Shown one piece after another: positions 18,037 through 18,086 of a stretch of 18,086 nucleotides of DNA. The DNA comes from Candidatus Thorarchaeota archaeon. Lineage in GTDB: Archaea > Asgardarchaeota > Thorarchaeia > Thorarchaeales > Thorarchaeaceae. The stretch spans positions 1 to 18,086 of the forward strand of contig DXJO01000055.1 in assembly GCA_019057475.1 (NCBI GenBank), written 5' to 3'. How positions within the stretch are numbered: position 1 is the first letter of the stretch; each line of letters starts with the position of its first letter. The position numbers and the translations under genes were made by a program. The notes beneath the pieces are model-generated. The model ran no database searches, was not told the origin of the DNA, and worked only from the letters and a program-made list of their open reading frames with translations.

Positions 18037-18086
18037 ATGGCTGGAAACAACGGCAAGACCGTTGGAACTCTCTCTAGTGCTCCTGA
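18037..18086 (+). CDS. ORF start (MAGNNGKTVGTLSSAP...), truncated by the window end; third peptide or a larger gene
   Basis: SD AGGAGA at 18022-18027; ATGGCT start as in peptides 1 and 2; shares NN and KTV elements. Confidence 0.55.
   Translation, partial: MAGNNGKTVGTLSSAP

Noticed and set aside
1-18086. CRISPR arrays, tRNA/rRNA genes, transposases or integrases
   Set aside because: No regularly spaced repeats, cloverleaf or rRNA-like segments, or recombinase motifs were seen.

Overview
Archaeal genomic window, based on trm1, TATA boxes, GGTGA/GGAGG Shine-Dalgarno sites and a stand-alone Lrp RAM domain. The overall gene set is reminiscent of Asgard/Thorarchaeia, which is an inference only. 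From left to right it contains: a compositionally atypical GNAT gene; a trm1-rlmE/FtsJ operon; a cyclophilin; a CbiR/AP-endonuclease-2-like TIM barrel; a small Zn-finger membrane protein; an acetate locus (acyl-CoA transferase fused to a Pat-type GNAT, divergent from an OFA-family MFS transporter and acetyl-CoA synthetase); an Lrp/AsnC domain; a membrane hydrolase-like protein; a PadR plus HAAS-like membrane protein pair with a palindromic operator; a 7-TM orphan; a SAM methyltransferase; an AcuC/HDAC-family deacetylase; and a URO-D-family protein. The most notable signal is missing from the ORF track. The last ~300 bp hold a promoter with a patterned operator region, followed by a tandem array of at least 2-3 related tiny ORFs (37 aa, 31 aa and one running off the window). 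Each downstream ORF has its SD embedded in the end of the previous one. This is a candidate peptide (RiPP-precursor-like) cassette. The second candidate system is an Acs writer/eraser acetylation circuit built on a CoA-transferase-GNAT fusion.
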